Assembly (NCBI RefSeq): GCF_018350175.1
Contig: NC_058376.1
Location: 134,106,001 to 134,170,000 of the forward strand
Reading direction: 5' to 3'
DNA: 64,000 nucleotides
Origin: Felis catus
Lineage: Eukaryota
Below are positions 47,960 through 62,045 of the stretch, piece by piece; within the stretch, counting starts at the first letter, position 1, and each line of letters starts with the position of its first letter. The position numbers and the translations under genes are program-made. Under the pieces are notes generated by a model. The model did no database searches. It was given only the letters and a program-made list of their open reading frames with translations, and was not told the origin of the DNA.

Positions 47960-50553
47960 TTAAAATACAAAATAAAATGATGGGGCGCCTGGGTGGCGCA
48001 ATCGGTTAAGCGTCCGACTTCAACCAGGTCACGATCTCGCAGTCCGGGAGTTCGAGCCCCGCGTCGGGCTCTGGGCTGATGGCTCAGAGCCTGGAGCCTG
48101 TTTCTGATTCTGTGTCTCCCTCTCTCTCTGCCCCTCCCCCGTTCATGCTCTGTCTCTCTCTGTCCCAAAAATAAATAAACGTTGAAAAAAAAATTTTAAA
48201 TACAAAATAAAATGAAAACGCAATGGTCCAAAATCTTTGGGAGATGGCAAAAGTAGTTCTAAGAAGCAAGTTTATAGTGACTCAGGCCTACCTCAAGAAA
48301 TTAAAAAAAAAACAACAACAACAAAAAACAAAAACAAAACAAAACAAAACAAAAACCTCAAACAAACAACCTAACCTTACACCTAAAAGAACTAGAAAAC
48401 AAAACAAAACAAAGACCAAAGCTGGTAGAAGGAAGGAAATAACAAAGATCAGAGTGGAAATACATGAAATCGAGACTAAAAAACAATAGAAAAGATCAAT
48501 GAAACCAAAAGCTGGTGCTTTGAAAAGATAAAATTGATAAACCTTTAGCCAGACTCATCAATAAAAAGAGAGACACAAGTAAATAAAACCAGAAATGAAG
48601 GAGAAGAAATAACTGACACTACAGAAATATAAAGAACTGTAAAAGAACATTATGAAAAATTATATGCCAACAAACTGGATACCCTAGAAGAAATGGATAA
48701 ACTTCTAGAAATGTACAATCTTCTAAACCTGAATGGGTTGATAATAAAAAAGCTCCCAACAAACAAAATTCCCAGACCAGATGGCTTCACAGCTAAATTC
48801 TACCAAACATTTGAAAGAGAGCTAATATCTATTCTTCTTAAACTATTCCAAAAAACTGAAGGGTAAAGAATGCTTCCAAGCTCNNNNNNNNNNNNNNNNN
48901 NNNNNNNNNNNNNNNNNNNNNNNNNNNNNNNNNNNNNNNNNNNNNNNNNNNNNNNNNNNNNNNNNNNNNNNNNNNNNNNNNNNNNNNNNNNNNNNNNNNN
49001 NNNNNNNNNNNNNNNNNNNNNNNNNNNNNNNNNNNNNNNACATTACAAGCATCACTCACCACAATCAAATGGGATTTATTCCATGGATGCAAGGGTGGTT
49101 TAATAATCCAATCAATGTGATATATGACATTAACAACAGGAAGAATGAAAAGAATTTATAAAGGGGAGAAGATAGTCTTTTCAATAAATGGTGTTGGGAA
49201 AACTGGAGAGCTACATGCAGAAGAATGAAACTGAACCACTTTCTTATACTAGAGACAAAAGTAAACCCCAAATGGATTAAGAACCTAAATATGAGACCTG
49301 AAACCACTAAATTCCAAAAAGGAAACATAAACAGTAATCTCTTGGACATCAGCCATAGCAACATATTCCTGGATATGTCTCTTCAGGCAAAGGAAACAAA
49401 AGCAAAAATAAACTATTAGGACTACATCAAAGTAAAAAGTGTTTGCACAGCAAAGGAAACCATCAACAAAATAAAAAAGCAAACTACTGAATGGCAGTAG
49501 ATATTCGCAAATGATGTATCCCATAAGAGCTTAATATCCAGAATACATAAAGAACTCATAAAACTCAACACCACAAAACCAAATCATCCAATTTAAAAAC
49601 GGCAGAGGACCTGAACAGACATTTTTCCAAAGAAGACATCCATACAGCCAACAGACGTGAGAAGATGCTTAACATCACTAATCAGAAAAATGAAAATCAA
49701 AAATCAAAACCACAAAGAGCTGCCACCTCACACCTGTCAGAATGGCTAATATCAAAAAGACAAGAAATAACAAAGGCTGGTTAGGATATGGAGAAAAGGA
49801 AGCCTGCTTATACTGTTGGTGGGAACGTAAATTGGTGCACTGGCTGTGGAAAACAGTATGGAGGTTTCTCAAAAACTAAAAAACAGAAATACCACATGAT
49901 CTAGTAATTCTACAACTGAGTGGAATTATAACCCAATGAAAATAAAACAGAAAATAAAACACTAATTCTGAAAGATATATATGTACCCCTATGTTTATTG
50001 CAGAATTATCTATAATAGCCAAGATATGGAAGCAGCAAAAGTGCCCACCAACAGATGAATGGATAAAGATGTGATATATCATACATATATCTGTATATAC
50101 ATACACACACATAATGGAATATTATTCAGTCATAAAAAGCATGAGATCTTGCCTTTTGTGATAACACGAATGGACCTAGAGGATGTTATGCTAAGTGAAG
50201 TAAGTCACACAGAAAAAGGTGAACACTGTATGTGGAATTTAACAAATAAAACCAACAAAAAGACTCTTAAATATAAAGAATAAACTGGTGGCTGATAGAG
50301 GGGAAGTTGGTGTAGGGACTGGCAAAATAGATAAGAGGGGTTTAAGAGGTAACTTCCAGTTAGAAAATAAGCCACAGAGATTAAAAGTGTAGCATAGGGA
50401 ATATTCAATAATATTGTAATAACATTGTATGGTGCCAGATGGGTGACTACACTTACCGTGGGGAGCACATGAGTAATGTATAGAATGGTGGAATTGGTAT
50501 GTTGTATATACGAAACTAATATAACACTGTATATCCAATATACTTCAATAAAA
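47960..50553 (+). mobile_element. Carnivore L1 (L1_Carn-like), 5'-truncated, internally deleted and decayed
   Basis: ORF2 remnants include [40 protein letters not shown] and [12 protein letters not shown], with many stops and frameshifts. The 3' UTR ends tatacttcaataaaaa. Confidence 0.93.
47982..48197 (+). mobile_element. Young felid SINE (SINEC_Fc) inserted at the L1 5' end
   Basis: Close to consensus. The TSD aaatacaaaataaaatga is at 47963-47980 and 48198-48215. Confidence 0.96.
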
Positions 50554-50727
50554 ATGAATGAGTGAATGAATAGATAAATAAATGTATGTTATCTCTGGGA
50601 AGATAAAGAGCTAAACTCTAGGAGATGTTCACCCAATGGCATTACCACCAGCTCCATGACATCCTGGTGGAAGACAGCTTTCAGTATAAGGGAGTTTTCC
50701 TGGAAACTTTTATATGTCAATGCAGAG

Positions 50728-51173
50728 TTGAAATAAAGGAAGACCACCCAAATAAAACTGAGCAGAGGCTACTTATTCAAAGCTTACTATAGCAAGGGAA
50801 TCAGCTGCCATCACTTGTGTTTGGCAAAGAATCAAAAGCAGTCAGGGGAGTGAGAAAGCTTTATAGTGAGAAAAAGGAAAGGCTTCAGGTATGCCTGGCT
50901 AAAGGCTTTAAGTATGGCTGTGAAGTAACCAAAACAGGAGCATCATATGTGGTTGATTTGGGGAGCATATGTATTTGACATTCTCTGGCCGGTCCTGAGT
51001 TGGAAGCAGGCAAAATCAGGAAAGTTGGCAGTCATTGACCGACCAAGTTCTGACTGTTTTGGCCTGATTTTGCCACAGAGGTTATGGTTTAGCTTCCTGG
51101 GATTCTTACGCAGGTCAGAGTTCTATTGTCCTATATTGTCTGGCCACTATCCATTTGCATATTCAGTCTTTCA
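50728..51173 (-). mobile_element. ERV1-class solo LTR (MER110-like)
   Basis: The minus strand begins tgaaagactgaatatgcaaatggatagtggccagacaatataggacaatagaactctgacc. Confidence 0.7.
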
Positions 51174-53978
51174 ACACAGAATCTTGGCTTCTCAGCCTAT
51201 GCCTGTGCCCAGTCTGGAACTAGCTGCAGTTATGGGAATTCAGAAAATTAAGTTCTCGGATAGTTCTTAAGTTCAAATGGAAACAAATTTGAGAGGTAGT
51301 GGCAGTGGGTATATACTCTCTCTCTTCACAAAACTTTATGAAAGGCATAAAATAGTGAAACTTAAATTCAATTCTCTATATTATAATAGAGAGGAGTTGT
51401 GGACCCTTTTTAGAATTAATCAAGTTTACAAGCCCTCTCCCCTAAAAATACACACCTACCCACACATACCACACCCCTCATGTGCAAACTACATCAGGAG
51501 TTTAGCTGAACCATGGACCTTAAATTGAGAAGTGACGCTCTATATTATTGTTCATTTTATCCTTGTTCATGCCACTGAAAGGAATACACAACCTCCTTGT
51601 GCCTATTTCAAAGTTCCTCCTTGCGTTTCAAAAGAATAGCATACCTTCCTTCTTGAGGGGTCCCTGGACTAAGACTCTACTACTGAGTAGTTAATCTGTG
51701 TGGCTCAGCTGGTTGAATAGCCTACAAGCCATCATCACATGGAGAAAATGTCCATGACTTGACAATACTCATCTTCACGAAGCTGGAGGTGGGATGGAGG
51801 GAGGGAGGGAGGGAAATGTACATCCTTCACTGACCTCCTCTCCTGGCTTATGCTAGCTCTGGTTTGACCATAAGTAAGCCTGCTATGAAAAACACTGAAG
51901 ATCTGCATTTAACAAATGTTTTCTTGAATTTCAACTATATGGCTGCTATCGTGCTAGTCTTAGATGGATGATATGCTGACAACGTTCAATCATTAACATG
52001 GAAATTATCCAAAGTAAAATTCTAATTCAATAAAAGTTCTATCAATCTGGGTTCCTACAGTCACTTGGCATTTTTCTTGGCCCCCACTGAGACCCCCAAT
52101 CAACCAGGGTATGCCGAGGGAATGCAAACTAATCCAACATTAGCAAAATAGAATTAGGAAGGTAAGACAATTTAAAACACTACTAAATACATTCCAAAGC
52201 CATGTATTAATTGTTTTTGGATTATCCACCATTTGGAATTATATGTCCCCTATTTCTTATCCATTAATGCAGACAAATGAAGAGCTGGATATATCTGCAC
52301 GGGGCCCAGATGACTCACAAGGGGGCAGCGTGAGACAGGGAAGGTAAAGGGAAATCCTGAAGGAGCCAGTGAGGGTGAAGGGCAGTCAGCGCCACCACAG
52401 TCATTACTTTGGGTATGTGGTTTTGGTGAGAAATTCAGAAGCCCAAGTCAATTGTCACAAATTACCTTTCCCTAGTATTCGAAGCAAAAGGTTAACAAAA
52501 GAGGGTTAAAGAGGGGCTGGCTGTTCCATTTTACCCCTAGCTCAGTGGCTAATAGTTGCAGTTTGGTGCCCAAACAACTTTACAGTCAATTATATATGTA
52601 CAACTTTTTTTAAAAAAAGGACAAATATATTTTAAGCAAGGAAAATGTGTTTCCTTATGCTTCAAAGACTGCAACTCAATGTTTTAAAGCAAACACACAA
52701 TTTCTGATGATAATGGCAAATATCTTGCATTTATGACTTAAATTTTGATTTCTAAAAGTACTACCAAATATATGATCTACAAATAAGCTTTAACCACTGG
52801 AAACAGTTTTTCTCCAAGTGAAATATATGCATTTGAATCACTTGTGGGAGAACTCCCGCATGTTTCACAGATAGGTGACTCCTTGGCTCACACCTAGTAC
52901 CTAATCATGGATTCAAACGGGCAGGGCAGACCCCTGCATGTTACAGATGCCTCAACAGAGGCAAATGGCACAGCCTGAGCACCCCATAGATTTACATGAT
53001 GATTATTTAACTCCTAAATCAGCGTCCCTCCCAAATTTTTATACTCCTCTTGAGTTCTCCTCTTTAAATCCTAAAGGATATCTAATTCGGATTTATACTT
53101 AAAAAAATCACCTCTCCACATTAATGACTAAGTTCCAAGACTCAAGATGCACAATATCTACCATTGCTGTCATACGTGTGATAACTGCGTTTCTCTGAGT
53201 AGAAGAAACGGGGCTTTCTGAAGGACTTATTTTGATGAATCATGATCTGGTATTTCATGAGCAACCCAGCTACAATACAGTGGTGATTACAGCTACGGTA
53301 TTCTACAAGATTTAGAGTGCTTCCTCTCAAGGAAACTCATTAAGGAAACTATAAAGAACTAAGAACTTACAAAGAAAAATTAATTGCCACTTTTGGTCAG
53401 CCGATTTTAGAAAGACTTATGAGGTCTAGAATTGTATATCGGGCTAACAAAGAGAACAGAAACTCAGTGAAGTCTAGCTTACTGAGGGCATCATGGTATA
53501 TAATATGATCATAAATTAATCTGCTCGTAAACCAACTCAAATATGAAGCACAAAAACATCACATAAAATACTTTAAATTTATTTTCATCAACAACACTCA
53601 TTTCTTTTCCACATCAGCTAGCAGGGACCGTGGCTGAGTGCTGGTGCTGAGAAGCTACAAATCTGCAATCTCAGAGTCTGAAACATTGTTTTCTGACTAC
53701 GGTTTCCTGTCTTGTTATATTTCTCACCTCCTAAATTCTTTTATTTCCTGTGAATTAAATGAAAATTATGTAGAACCTTTGTTCAGTCAATTTAGAGTAA
53801 TTTTTCTTTAAATGCTGAAAAGCATTTTTAAATTAGAATCGTACATGCAACGAGAAGACATTTCCCTTCCTGTCCCAGATCCTCTCCCTCCAAACTCACC
53901 TTCCTAAGGGTAGCCAATGCTCTTTCCTAACACAGAGACATTTTCATGCTGCACACACCTCTTCAAAACATACACGGT

Positions 53979-54161
53979 GGGGCACCTGGGTGGCTCGGTC
54001 GGTTTAGCATCTGACTTTGGCTCGGGTCAGGATCTCATGGTTCGTGAGTTTGAGCCCCACAGCAGGCTCTCTGCTTTGGATCCTCTATCTCCCTCTTTCT
54101 CTGTGTCTCCCTTGCTTGTTCTCTCTCATTCTCTCAAAACAAATAAATAAAAACTTAAAAG
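53979..54161 (+). mobile_element. Can-SINE (older)
   Basis: Has a ggggcacctgggtggctcgg head. The TSD is aaaacata(c/t)ac. Confidence 0.9.
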
Positions 54162-54552
54162 AAAACATATACAGGAACACACTGTACAACATACTTTTTA
54201 ATTTAACAATATGATTGTTAAAATGGAGATCATTCCAAAATGGAGATCATTTATAGAAATACCTTATTGTTTTTAATGATTACATAGCATTCCAGTGAGT
54301 GGATGCATCATGATTTAACCATTATTTTATTTGGGGGCATTTGGATTTCTTCCTTTCTTATTATACATGAGACTGCATAAAGTATCGCCATATAGGTCTT
54401 TGTGCTTGTAAGAATATCATGGGAAGAAGCAAACTGCTTGCTTACTGCATATCGTCCTTGACACTTTAGTTTGCTTTAGAACTATTTGATTGCAAAGACC
54501 AGTACTGAGTGATCTCAGAAGAAAATGGGGGGAATTTGGGAACATGGTAACA

Positions 54553-54745
54553 CAGAGGTTTTTAAAGTTATGGTCCCAGACCAGTAGCATTAGCATTACC
54601 TCGGAATTTGTTCAAACTGCAAATCCTTAAACCTCACCCACCCTATCCCGACTAAGTCAGAAATTCTGCACAGGGCCCAGCAATTTGTATTTGAACAAGC
54701 CCTCTAGGTGATTCTGATGCAAGTTCAAGTTTGAGAGTCACTACT
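54553..54745 (+). mobile_element. MER5A hAT MITE
   Basis: tggtcccagaccagtagcattagcattacc...gggcccagcaatttgtatttgaacaagccctctaggtgattctgatgca...aagtttgagagtcact. Confidence 0.88.
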
Positions 54746-54859
54746 CTAAAAGTATGTAAGAGGATATAGTCCTGGGCCCAAAAACTACCAGGTTATCAAG
54801 GAAGTTTTAGTGACCCCTAACTTTTTCCATGTTTTTCAGAATATAGGGAGGGCTCTTTA

Positions 54860-56640
54860 CTCAGGCAGAAATTTTATTACAGTGTTGTCAAATTTACCAA
54901 CCTTTTTCTTTATGGTTTATGGGGTTTTTATTTCTCCACCTAAGAATATAAAAACAATAATTTTATTCCAGTTTTGTTTATATCACTGATCCATCTGGCA
55001 TTTGTTATGGTGCAAAAATATCTAGTTTCGTGGTTTACCAAATAGCTAGTTAGTTCTCAAAACTGTATTACTGAATAATCCATTGTTTTCCCACTGAACT
55101 GAAATTCTCTTTTTATCATATGCCAAATTCCCCTATGTATTAAGGGTTCATTTCAGATTCTCTATTTTACCAAGTCTAATTATGTGCCAATTCTAAATTA
55201 TTATAATTATGATATTTTTATAACACATTTTTAACAGTGGATGGGGCTAATGATTCTTTTACCCCCAACCATTTCTGGCTATACTTGAATGTATATTTTT
55301 TAAAAATTATTTTTACAATTAAAAAATTGTTTTTTATTGAGGTACAACTGATCTAACATTATATTAGTTTCAGGTACACCGTGTAATGATTCGATACTTG
55401 CATATATTGCAAAATCATCACCATAATAAATCCAGTTAATATCTGTCACCAGTTACAGAATTATTTTTTCTTGTGATAAGAACTTTAAAGATCTAGTCTT
55501 TAGCTACTTTCAAATATGCAATACAGTATTATTAGTATCACCATGCTATACATTGTATTCCCAAGACTTGATTCATTTTATACAACTGGGAATCTGTACC
55601 TTTTGACATATTTGTACCTTTGATAATCTATTTTTAATTTGTGCATGTATTATATTTGTCTACATTATTTCAAACCATATAAACTATGTTAAGATGTTTA
55701 TTATTTCTCTCCCCCTCCAAATAAGCAGTTCCTTCATGTATTAGTTCTGTCATTTATGTTTTCTTATTAATTCACCACCACTTTTACTTTTAATTCCTTC
55801 CTTTTGTGTTCTTTAGATATATTTTCATGTTACTTTCCTCATTACTAGAGACAAATGTCTAATTCACATATCTTAATTCCTTTTTGTTTAGTAATTTAAA
55901 CTAAAATTTTTAGTATCAGGCTAAGAACTTCTAAGAATATTGTTTTCATCAAAATCAATAGGTTCTGATCAACAGACTTTATCATTTTTTTCTAGAAATT
56001 ATGCAATTTCAGTTCACAGTTCCTTTTAGTACAATAATAAAGAGAGTGTTCATATTTTGTCATAGGTTTTCACTGGGGGTTGTTTTCTTTTTTTGTTATC
56101 AATTTCAAGTTTTGTTGCCAAAGAATGCAACTTATACCTTTTCTACTGTGAAATTTACTGACATTTTTGTTTATGGCTACTGTAAAGATAAATATTATGT
56201 TGATGCATTCATTTAATTCTGTTAATAGTACACAGACTTTGATATATATCCCTCAGGTCTATCTGACCTATTAAATGTGAATAGTTAGGTTCTCTACATC
56301 CCTCCTTTATAGTGAGTTGGCCGATTTTACTGTGAATGGGGAGAAGTACTAGTCATTTATTACTATTGCATTTCTATTTATTTCTTCTTTTATTTCCTGC
56401 AGGTGTTACATAATAAAATCATTTTTTCTTCTTTTGGGGGGGTGGACAATGATGAAAGAAGGGTCTTTATTGTGAACTGTACACTTTTTCACTATAAAGT
56501 GCTCTCATTTATCTCATTCAATCCTATTTAGTGCTTTAAATTCACTTTGTCTGATTATTACTATAATTCATTTTTGTTTGTTTTTCCTTATTACATATGT
56601 GAAAATTGTTTTATTTTCAATCTCTTTGTTGCCTTTGCTC
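54860..56640 (-). mobile_element. Very old L1 (L1ME-like) fragments
   Basis: T-rich antisense L1 motifs such as tttaccaaatagctagttagttctc...actgaataatccattgttttcccact. Confidence 0.55.
55325..55610 (-). mobile_element. L1 3' end (L1_Carn/L1MA9-like) nested in an older L1
   Basis: ttttattgaggtacaactga...atattagtttcaggtaca...aagaactttaaagatct...tttcaaatatgcaatacagtatta. Confidence 0.85.
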
Positions 56641-58176
56641 TAGGAGTTATTTTCTTAGAATAGAGTTGATTTTATTTAATTTTATTTTTAAAATTAGGTA
56701 TGACTTCCTTTTCACACCATGATGGGATAACGTATAGTACACATAAAACTGGATAAAATATATGAAGCATGAAATATTAGAAAGCAGGCAGTGCAGCACA
56801 GCATTGTAATTCTGACATAAGTGTAGGCGGTGGGGAAAGTGGAAACTCTGTGATACCTGGGTTTCTTCCTGGAAGCATTTTTGAGAGCATATAGCAAAAA
56901 GGGGAAACACAAAACAGAATGGATTGATCTTACTGGGTTGAGAAAACAGAGATCAGAGGCTGTGGGACATTTGCAGGACATGTTACCTTTAAAGGAGGAA
57001 GCTATATAAAGAACTCCAGAAGCCTGCACAGGAGGTCTGTGCTGAATACTAAACTGTACGTGATTAGGACAAACCTCTTGCAGGCCCAGCAAAGAAAAAC
57101 TATCAGAGAAAGAACTGGGGAGCATAAAGATTGCAGGAGGGTTTTGAGGTCAGGAAATGTTCAAGTTCTGACTGGACAGACTGGAGAGAGATTGATGTAC
57201 ACATGGGAAATTCAGCAGAAATCCTAAAGTGCAGGCCCTTGGATACAGGATACATTAGAACTGTATTTTTTAAAAAGCCTAAAAACAAGCACCAAAAAGA
57301 TCAAGATGATCCGAGTCATTTAACAGACTATCAAAAAGTAAGCTCAACATTTCTTTAAAGGAAGATCACAAAATTCAGAAATTCAACAACATAACATTTA
57401 AAATGTGCAAGATTTAATTTAAAAAATACAAATCATGTGAAGAAACAGGAAATTTTCACCTACCACTAAACATATCCAGAAAGGAATAATACCAATTTTA
57501 CATAAACTCATCCTGAAAAAATAAAATCAGTAGAAATTCCCATGAGGTCAGTATTACTGGGATCCCAAAGCCAAACAAAGACTCCATTAGAAAACTGAGG
57601 ACCAATATCACCATGAACATAAGTATGAAAAAAACCTTTAACAAGATATTAGCAAATCATATTCAGCTATACAAAAAAGGTTAGAAAGGAAGAAATAAAA
57701 TTATCTGTAAGTGCAGAAGACACAATTTTCTACAAAATCCCAAACAATGTACAGAAATTCTTCTTAAACTAATAAGTGACTTTAGAATGATATAAGAGGA
57801 AAAGGTCAATATACCAAAATCAATTATATTTTTACTTACTGGGAATGAACAACTAGAAACTGAAATTAAAAGTAGCAGCATCTTTACAATTAGCACCAAA
57901 AAAAAAAAAAAACCACCTCACAAAATATTTAGGGATGAATATAGTAGGTAAAATACTTATATACTGAAAGCTATCAATTTAAAAATAATGAGAGAAATCT
58001 ACAAAGACCTAGATAAATGGAAAGATATACCATGTCTATTGACTGGAAGTGTCAATACTGTTACGATGTCTGTTTTCCTAAAATTGATTTTATAGATTTG
58101 ATGCAATGCTAATCAAAATCCCAGAAAGATTTTTGGTGAAATTACAAGTCAATTTAAAAATATGAATGGAAAAGCA

Positions 58177-58394
58177 GGGCACCTGGGTGGCTCAGTAGGT
58201 TGAGCATCCGACTTCGGCTCAGGTCATGATCTCGCGGTTGACGAGTTCAAGCCCCGCGTCATCTGTGCCGATGACTCGGAGCCTAGAGCCTGCTTCGGAT
58301 TCTGTGTCTCCCTTTCTCTCTGCCCCTCCCCTGCTCATGCTCTCTCTCTGTCTCAAAAATAAACGTTAAAAAAATTTTTTTAATAAAATAAAAA
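58177..58394 (+). mobile_element. Can-SINE (SINEC_Fc2-like)
   Basis: A perfect long TSD, taaaaatatgaatggaaaagca, is at 58155-58176 and 58395-58416. Confidence 0.95.
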
Positions 58395-59203
58395 TAAAAA
58401 TATGAATGGAAAAGCAAAGAATTAAGAATAGCCAAAACAATTTTAAAAAGAAAAGCAAAGTTGGAAGACTCATGCTACATGATTTCTGGAGTTACTATAA
58501 AGGAATCAAGGAATGAAGACAACATAGTATTGGTAAAAGACCCCTAGATCAATGGAACAGAACAGAGAGTTTGGAAATAGACTTACACATATATGGTCAA
58601 TTGATTTTTGCTAAGGATGTCAAGGAAATTCAACCGTGACACAATCACAAATGGTATCAAAATAATTGCATATCTGCTAAAAAAAAACAATGCACCCTGG
58701 ACCTGTATTTCATACTACACACAAAAGTTAACTTAAAATGGATAATAGGTCTAAGTACAAAACCTATAAAATGTCTAGAAAATAAGTAGAATAAAATTTT
58801 GGGATGTTGTTGTATGCCAAGAATTCTTAGGCTACGGAAAAATCATAGAAGAAAAAACTGATAAATTGGACTTTACTGAAATTAAAAATTATCTCTGAAG
58901 GACACTGTTAAGAAAATGAAAACACAGGCAACACACTGGGAGAAAATATGAAATATATATGTGAAAAAGGATTTATTTCTGAAATATTCAAATAATTCTC
59001 ATAACTCAGCCATAATAAACACCCCAACTCTAAAAACTGCAGACTTCACCNNNNNNNNNNNNNNNNNNNNNNNNNNNNNNNNNNNNNNNNNNNNNNNNNN
59101 NNNNNNNNNNNNNNNNNNNNNNNNNNNNNNNNNNNNNNNNNNNNNNNNNNNNNNNNNNNNNNNNNNNNNNNNNNNNNNNNNNNNNNNNNNNNNNNNNNNN
59201 NNN

Positions 59204-59391
59204 TTTCGGGACAGAGGGAGACAGAGCATGAATGGGGGAGGGGCAGAGAGAGAGGGAGACACAGAATGGAAACAGGCTCCAGGCTCTGAGCCATCAGCCC
59301 AGAGCCTGACGTGGGGCTCAAACTCACAGACCGTGAGATCGTGACCTGGCTGAAGTCGGACACTTAACCGACTGCGCCACCCAGGCGCCCC
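59204..59391 (-). mobile_element. Felid SINE (SINEC_Fc), tail in an N-run
   Basis: Ends ...gacctggctgaagtcggacacttaaccgactgcgccacccaggcgcccc. Confidence 0.94.
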
Positions 59392-60639
59392 TGGAATGGA
59401 GTTTTAAAATGACAAAACTAAGTGGTGACAAGGATACAAAACAACTGAAATCCTCATCCACTACTAGTGGGAATACAAAACAGAATAGCAGTAATTTTGG
59501 AAAGCAGTTTGAAAACCACGTAGCAGTTTCTTATAAAGTTAAATATATACTTACCAAACAAATCAGTGTCCATTCCCTTGGTATTTATCCAAGAGAAAAA
59601 CATGTTCACATGAACAGCAACACATAAATAGTTCTAGTACTTTCACTCATAACCGCTCCAAACTGGAAAAACCCAGTGTCCTTCAACTGGTATAGGGATA
59701 AACTATGGTACATCCAAACATGGCAATACTACTCAGTCACTAAAAGCAATAGGCTACTGATACAGGCAACAACATGAATGAATCTTAAATGTCTTAAGGT
59801 TAGTAAAAGAAACCAGACTTAAAAAGCTACATACTGCATGATTTCATTTATATGAAATTCTGGAAAAAAGCGAAACTATAGACACTAAATGTGTCAGTGG
59901 TTGCCAGGGACTAGGGTTGAGGGAGGCAATGACTGCAGGGGGGTATAAGAGAAACTTTTGAATTGAAGGATCACTTCTATGTACTGACTTCAAGAGCAAA
60001 TGATTGTATTTGTCAAACTAGAAAAAACTTGACTTAAAAAAAAAATACAGGCAAATTAAGTTACAAAGACCTTTAACGCTAAGCAACCAATCAAATAACA
60101 AAAAGGTCAGTAAGTCAATAAGTAATGTTTTCAAAAATCTAAGTTTAGTATTTAGTGTCAAGCAAGTGGGAAAAATGGCAGAATAGATCAATTCTGTGTG
60201 ACTGTATTCGTTTTTTAGAGAACTAGGAATGTAACGTGTAAGGAGGAAATATAAGGAAGATGAAACAATTCCATGAAAATATAAACAGGTACGACGCACG
60301 AAGAAATACTTTACAGAATCTAGGGGAAAATTTGTTCTGATACTCAAAACACTTACAAAGAGAAAAGTGAAATAACTAATCAACTAGAGCAGAGCTGAGT
60401 TCCACCTCTGGGGACACCAGAGGGCGGGAAATGGCACATTAACTGCCACTGTGGTGGTTCTTCAAATTCTGGGCTTTTCCACTGTGCCTATTTTATTTCC
60501 CTCCCAGAATTTTCATATGGCTATTTCATTCGTCCTGATAGGCTTTTCCAGCTGCGTGCAGTGGGACCCAGAGTACAGTGTGCTCGCTCCCTTTTACCTG
60601 GAACCAGAACCTTTCCATTCTAATATTTAAAGTCATCTC

Positions 60640-62045
60640 AAACTAGAAACACCCAATGCCAAACTTCTAATCCTCTCACCTCTTTGCCCAACTCATCAAA
60701 TAGCAACTCCACCCTTCTAATTGCTCAGAGACCAACAATCTGGGAATCTTCCTTGATTTATTTTCTTCTCATACCCCACATTTAGTCTATCGGCAAATCC
60801 TATGAGTTTTACACCTCAGAATATATTCATAATCTGACCATTTGTCACCAACTTTGCTGATAGCACCCTGGTCTTTCATCTTGTTACCAACTTTACTTTG
60901 CAGCTACCACCATCCTCTTTCACCTTAACTCACCAAACATTTAATTTTTAAAATTTTTATTTGAGAGCTAGGAGCATGCTTGAGTGGAGAAGGGCAGGGT
61001 NNNNNNNNNNNNNNNNNNNNNNNNNNNNNNNNNNNNNNNNNNNNNNNNNNNNNNNNNNNNNNNNNNNNNNNNNNNNNNNNNNNNNNNNNNNNNNNNNNNN
61101 NNNNNNNNNNNNNNNNNNNNNNNNNNNNNNNNNNNNNNNNTCAGTGGAGAGCCTGATGGTCTTGATCCCATGACCCTGGGATCATGACCTGAGCAGAAAT
61201 CAAGAGTTGGATGCTCAAACATCCAACTGAGCCACCCAGGTGTCCCCTAAACATTTAATTTTTAAAATTAGTCTTTCATGTAATTAAAAAATATTTGAGA
61301 GCCTAATATATGCCAACTACAATTATAAATGGTGAGGTTATGGCAGTAATCAAAGCAGACAAAAATCTCTGTCCTCGTGGAGCTTATCTGGTAGAAAATT
61401 ACTTTTGGTGGAAAATGATTATTAATTTCAATAGCTTCTTAACGGACTTCCCTGCTTTTGCCCTTGTCTTCCATTCTCATCACTGATTCTAAGGTAATCC
61501 TGTAAAAAGGAAAGTCAGATGATGTCATGCTTCTGCTTAAATTTCTCTGGCATATCATCTCAGGAAAAAAAAAAAAAAAGAAGCCTGTCCTTAAAGTGGT
61601 TTTCAAGACCTTAAACAATCTGGTTGTGCTCTCTGGCTTCATTTCTCACTACTGTCCTGCTTTTGCTGCTTCAGTCTCATTGGCTTCTTTGCTATTCTTT
61701 GAGCACATCAGACATAGGCCTGCTCCAGGACATTGGTACTTGCAGTATTATCTGCCCTGAGGCTTATCCCCAAGAGATATGCATGGCCTGCTGTCATCCC
61801 TTCTTCAGGTCTTTACTCAAATGTTACTATCTCATCCAATTAAAAATTGCAACTCTTAATTTTAAGTCCCCCAGTACTCTTCAGATCCTTTCCCTACCTA
61901 CTTTTCTCCATAGCACTTAGTATTCCTTGACATAATCCATATTTCACATTTACTGTCTATCTCCTCCATTATAATAGAAGTTCCATAAAGGCAGGGGATT
62001 TTCTTTGTTGCTTTTCCCACTACTATAAAACCAGTGCTTGGCTAT
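60640..62045 (+). mobile_element. L2 3' region, interrupted by a SINE and a short antisense L2 piece
   Basis: ccacccttctaattgctcagag...ctcataccccacatttagtctatcggcaaatcc...aagtcagatgatgtcatgcttctgcttaaa...tagaagttccataaaggcagggattt. Confidence 0.75.
60956..61247 (-). mobile_element. Can-SINE spanning an N-run
   Basis: The TSD aaacatttaatttttaaaatt is at 60935-60955 and 61249-61269. Confidence 0.88.

Larger units (their letters stand above)
56900..60045 (+). mobile_element. Old L1 (L1MC/MD-like), deleted and decayed, carrying two SINEs
   Basis: ORF2 remnants include accaatatcaccatgaacata, taaatggaaagatataccatgt and gatcaatggaacagaacagagag. The 3' UTR contains atactgcatgatttcatttatatgaaattct...cagtggttgccaggg. 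Confidence 0.85.

Noticed and set aside
54220-54251. Tandem duplication of aaaatggagatcatt
   Set aside because: It is an ordinary small local duplication in decayed repeat-like sequence.
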